Source of the DNA: Paraspadella gotoi
Lineage: Eukaryota; Animalia; Chaetognatha
DNA length: 64,000 nt
NCBI GenBank assembly: GCA_051294375.1
Contig: CM119270.1
Coordinates: 9,487,530-9,551,529 of the forward strand
Direction of reading: 5' to 3'
Part shown: piece after piece, positions 60,203 to 64,000 of the stretch
How the letters are laid out: each line of letters begins with the position of its first letter
Position numbering within the stretch: position 1 is the stretch's first letter
Translations under genes and position numbers: made by a program
Notes under the pieces: generated by a model
What the model saw: the letters and a program-made list of their open reading frames with translations, nothing else
What the model was told of the DNA's origin: nothing
Database searches by the model: none

Positions 60203-60825
60203 GAGAAAAAGGGAGAGAGAAAATCGAATGAGAATGGAAAAACTAAAATGGATTTGAGCCGAGATTAAATCCAGAACTCGAGGAATGTGATTTCAAATAA
60301 CCAGAATGAAAATTCGAAGGGAAGGGAGAGCGAGGGCGGGGGGGAGAGAAATCGATGGCGAAGAAAATGAAGATAACGATGAGATTAAAGCTGCAGGGTT
60401 GAGACTAGAGATTGGATTAAGCTCACTATAAATTTTAAAAATGGTTAAAATTGAAATTTAAAGATTAAAGTAATAATCCTAGATTCTGAACACATCACTT
60501 TTTTCAAATGGATACTGAACAGTATAATGAAATATTTTGTTTTAAAATTTCTAAATTAGACAATGTTGTTGCCCGAAAGTTGAACAGATTTTGTTTTTGT
60601 TTTTTTCTTGGAGCTGAGAATATCAATGAATGATGACAATAAATGCGCGGGTTGTGACAGAGACGTCATCGACAACGACAATGAAGACGTCGACTACTGA
60701 AAGAGATGGAAAATTAATGGCAGAGATGGCGCCACCTGTTGGGAGACGGAGACGAACCTGATGTTTTCTCCATGACGATGATGACGGTGATCACGAAAGA
60801 CTAATCCTCGAGTCAAAGTCATTAA
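53982..60825 (+). repeat. Copy B of the large direct duplication
   Basis: Starts immediately after the 25-N gap with the same sequence as 45618. Confidence 0.92.
54783..54969 (+). mobile_element. Possible tRNA-derived SINE (copy 2, inside the duplicated segment)
   Basis: Near-identical to 46413-46598. Confidence 0.4.
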
Positions 60826-60902
60826 GGATCTCTGACGCTTTCCTTTTCTTCTCTCTTCCTTCATTTCTGAGTCTTGTTTGGATTTCAACTCTGTTCTAAA
60901 TG

Positions 60903-60962
<60 letters not shown>

Positions 60963-61111
60963 TCTTCATCTCGCGCAACACGTTGGTGTTTACTCAAAAA
61001 CCGAAAAAAACCGAATTTGTCTTTTCAGTTTTCGGTTTTAACGAGAAATGCTTCTGGAAAAAAAGAGGAGGGGGAAGAAGGATACGATAAGAAGGACGAT
61101 GACATTAGCGA

Positions 61112-61146
<35 letters not shown>

Positions 61147-62247
61147 TTGATGACAGGGAAAACAGACGTTAAAGTCAGTTGAAACAAGAATAAAATTGAC
61201 ATCTCTCGACAACATGGAAATGATGCCTTCGTAACGACGACAACCAAGCAATCTGATTCAAGGTCTAATGGCAGTCGATTATATCTGACGACGACGACTA
61301 TGATGACGTCATCCGTGACGATGACGAATCCAACAATAACCAAAAGGCGACGACACCAAAAAAGGCGGAGCGTTAACAATAAGAAGCTGGAGCGAGATTG
61401 GAACTATTTGGGTTGAAACATTCAATCAGAACTATGGATAGAAATTATAAAGGAAGTAGTAGTAGCAACGGTTGTTATTTAAAAAATAAACCTGATAATC
61501 GCGTACACATCAAGATTAGAAAAAAACATTGAAGAAGATTCCTTGGGGGGAGTTTCTCAGTTTCAGATGAGAACATTGTTTGAGCAGTGCTTAATCTCGA
61601 GTTAATATTAACTCAATCCATATATCAAAAGATAAAAATAGAATAATAACTTTATTAAGCATTCAAAATCCAATAGTCATAGACATTGAGAGACGAGTAT
61701 CAGCATGACAGATAAGCAACAGAGCCAAGTTGCAGCAGCAGCAGCAGTAGCAGAAGAGCCGAGACGCAGCAACAGCTCAAAGCTACATGAAAACTTAAAA
61801 TTAATTAATATATTCAAGTCATTTCACAAATATCATTTAATACCTTATGTTCTCAGAGGAATCTCCCAAAAATTAAGAATTTACCTCTACTTTTTGGCAC
61901 TTTTGGCACCAACCCTAATCCCTAATATCTATCCTCTAAACTAACACTTATCCCTAACCGAAACCTAAACAATTAATCCATCGTTGAAATTATCGTTCCT
62001 GACTCTAAGTCATCCAGCCAGAGAGAGCGAGAGAGATTCGTTGCTCCGTCATACGGCAAGGGGGCATCAATGATTGAAAGGCCGGCAAATCTCAAATAAA
62101 ACCATAACTCATAACCCACTAAGTGTCAATTTGTTCAATCCGCACAGAACCTCATGAGTTTTCCAACAAAAAAGTTATAATTACGAAAAGCCTCTCGTAA
62201 GAAGACGAGAAAAAAAATCTTAAAAGCATAAAGATCGAGCCGCTTTC

Positions 62248-62470
62248 GATAGTAACCAAATATTGATGCGATGATAACCAAATATTGATGCGATGATAAC
62301 CAAATATTGACGCGATGATAACCAATAATTGATGCGATGATAACAAAATGACTGATGTGATGATAATCAAATGATTGATGCGATGATAGTCATTCATTGA
62401 TATGATGATAATCATTCATTGATACGATGATAGTCATTCATTGATGCGATGATAGTGATTCATTGACGCG
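62248..62470. repeat. 22-bp minisatellite (GATGCGATGATAACCAAATATT) x about 10, diverging along the array
   Basis: Seen directly. Confidence 0.9.
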
Positions 62471-62507
62471 CTGAATCATTCATCGTAAAATAAAACAAAA
62501 GGCGTGA

Positions 62508-62541
<34 letters not shown>

Positions 62542-62898
62542 AGTGAGAAAAGAGAGAGAGTGAGAGAGTTTTCCCACCAACGAGACGCATTATTAGGTCA
62601 CTCTCGTTATATTCGGTTATCCGTTGCCTCGCAACGGCGTCGTGAAATTGGGTCTATGTTGATTTTTTTTTTATACACGTAACGCGTTATTAGGTCATGT
62701 TCCTCGACATTGTTTACTTGTTGCTCCGCAACGACCACGAAATCTAGGTTAAGTAAGTTATTGTATTTTGGATTTTTGTATTAGATAAATAATAAATGGC
62801 GATAATAAAAGTTTTTAGAAGGAAAAAATCCACGAAAATCTCGGAATAAATGGCGATAATAAAAGTTTTTAGAAGGAAAAAAAAAGAGAGAGAAAGGG

Positions 62899-62937
<39 letters not shown>

Positions 62938-63376
62938 AGATAGAGAGAAAAAGATTGTTCTTTTTTTAGGAAGAAACCAGACCGAGGTCAATTTTAATAT
63001 TTGCATATTTAATTAATTTATAAATAGTTATCACAACTCAAATAATTATTATTTAAAAAAAGTTAAAAATGATTAAATATATACATAAAAATTTATAAAT
63101 TTAATAATAGTACAAATTATCAGAATAAACAAAAAAGTAATGTTTAATTTGACTATATCTCTCTTATTCAACTCCTATTTTAGATATAATTTGCCAATAG
63201 TGGGCCAACCGGCCAAAAGTTGCAATAATAAATAAAAACAAATTTTTTTTATAATGTGATGCATGCAATTATATTATTCGGCGAAAGTGCTGCATATATA
63301 ATAGGTCACATTAGCTGATTTATATGTGATAATGCATATCATTATAAGTTATTCTTCATTTTTTTAAAAAATAATA

Positions 63377-63409
<33 letters not shown>

Positions 63410-64000
63410 AGAAAAAGAACCAATTATATTTTCCAATTTATCTCGGATATAAATTTGGGTTTTGTATTGAAAAAAAAAGCGCGGAATAAATGGCGATATA
63501 AAAGTTTTGAGAAGGAAAAAAATAATCAGAATTTTTTCAAAAAATGAACGATCGTACAGAGTGAGAGAGACAGAAAGAGAAAAAGAGAGACAAAGTGACA
63601 GAAAGAAAGAGAAAGCTAGAAGCCAGCTGAACAGTCACTGCAGAACCTGAACTCGTTTTTTAAGGGTTCAGAAAAAGCAGCAACTGACAAATATATTTTT
63701 TTTTTATTTTTTTTTTATTAATACCAAAAACAGTATTGACAAAATCAAAAACAGTATCAGTGTAAAAAACTAGAAAGCAGTAAACAAGTAAAACTAAACT
63801 ATTAAAATTCAACAGAAAAAAAAAAGACAAATATAGACAACTGACAAATATAGGAAAGAAAAATCTATTATTTATAATTTAAAAAGAAATAAAAAGAAAG
63901 GCAAAAATATGTTACAATTGTTTACAATTGGAAATTTTTCCAATATTTTTCCAATCGCAGCTTGTAAAAGATTTAATTTATATTTGTATTAAAATTAAGA

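Noticed and set aside
62248-62470. CRISPR-like periodic repeats
   Set aside because: These are head-to-tail units without unique spacers in a eukaryotic context with no cas genes, so this is a minisatellite.

Overview
Eukaryotic (invertebrate animal-like), AT-rich, microsatellite-saturated genomic DNA. It has two assembly gaps (4960-5420 and 53957-53981). The only convincing protein-coding gene is a + strand Na+/Ca2+ exchanger (NCX/SLC8/Calx family). I could splice 14 GT-AG coding exons by hand (19287-36614, about 645 codons), covering the signal peptide, an unusual acidic N-terminal insert, TM1-5 with the alpha-1 repeat, XIP, CBD1 and the first half of CBD2. The 3' part of the gene was not found in the window. 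Almost all listed ORFs are (CT/GA)n artefacts. The rest comprises foldback/MITE-like elements, Helentron/HINE-like elements, a 5'-truncated LINE, a SINE-like element and minisatellites. A 7-8 kb tandem duplication around a 25-N gap is probably an assembly artefact. The most interesting signal is the intron architecture: G-rich sequence just after donors is colinearly complementary to C-rich sequence just before acceptors, several of which lack a normal U-rich tract. This suggests RNA-structure-guided splice-site pairing, cassette-exon control and possibly back-splicing. All pairings were aligned by eye and need computational and RNA validation.
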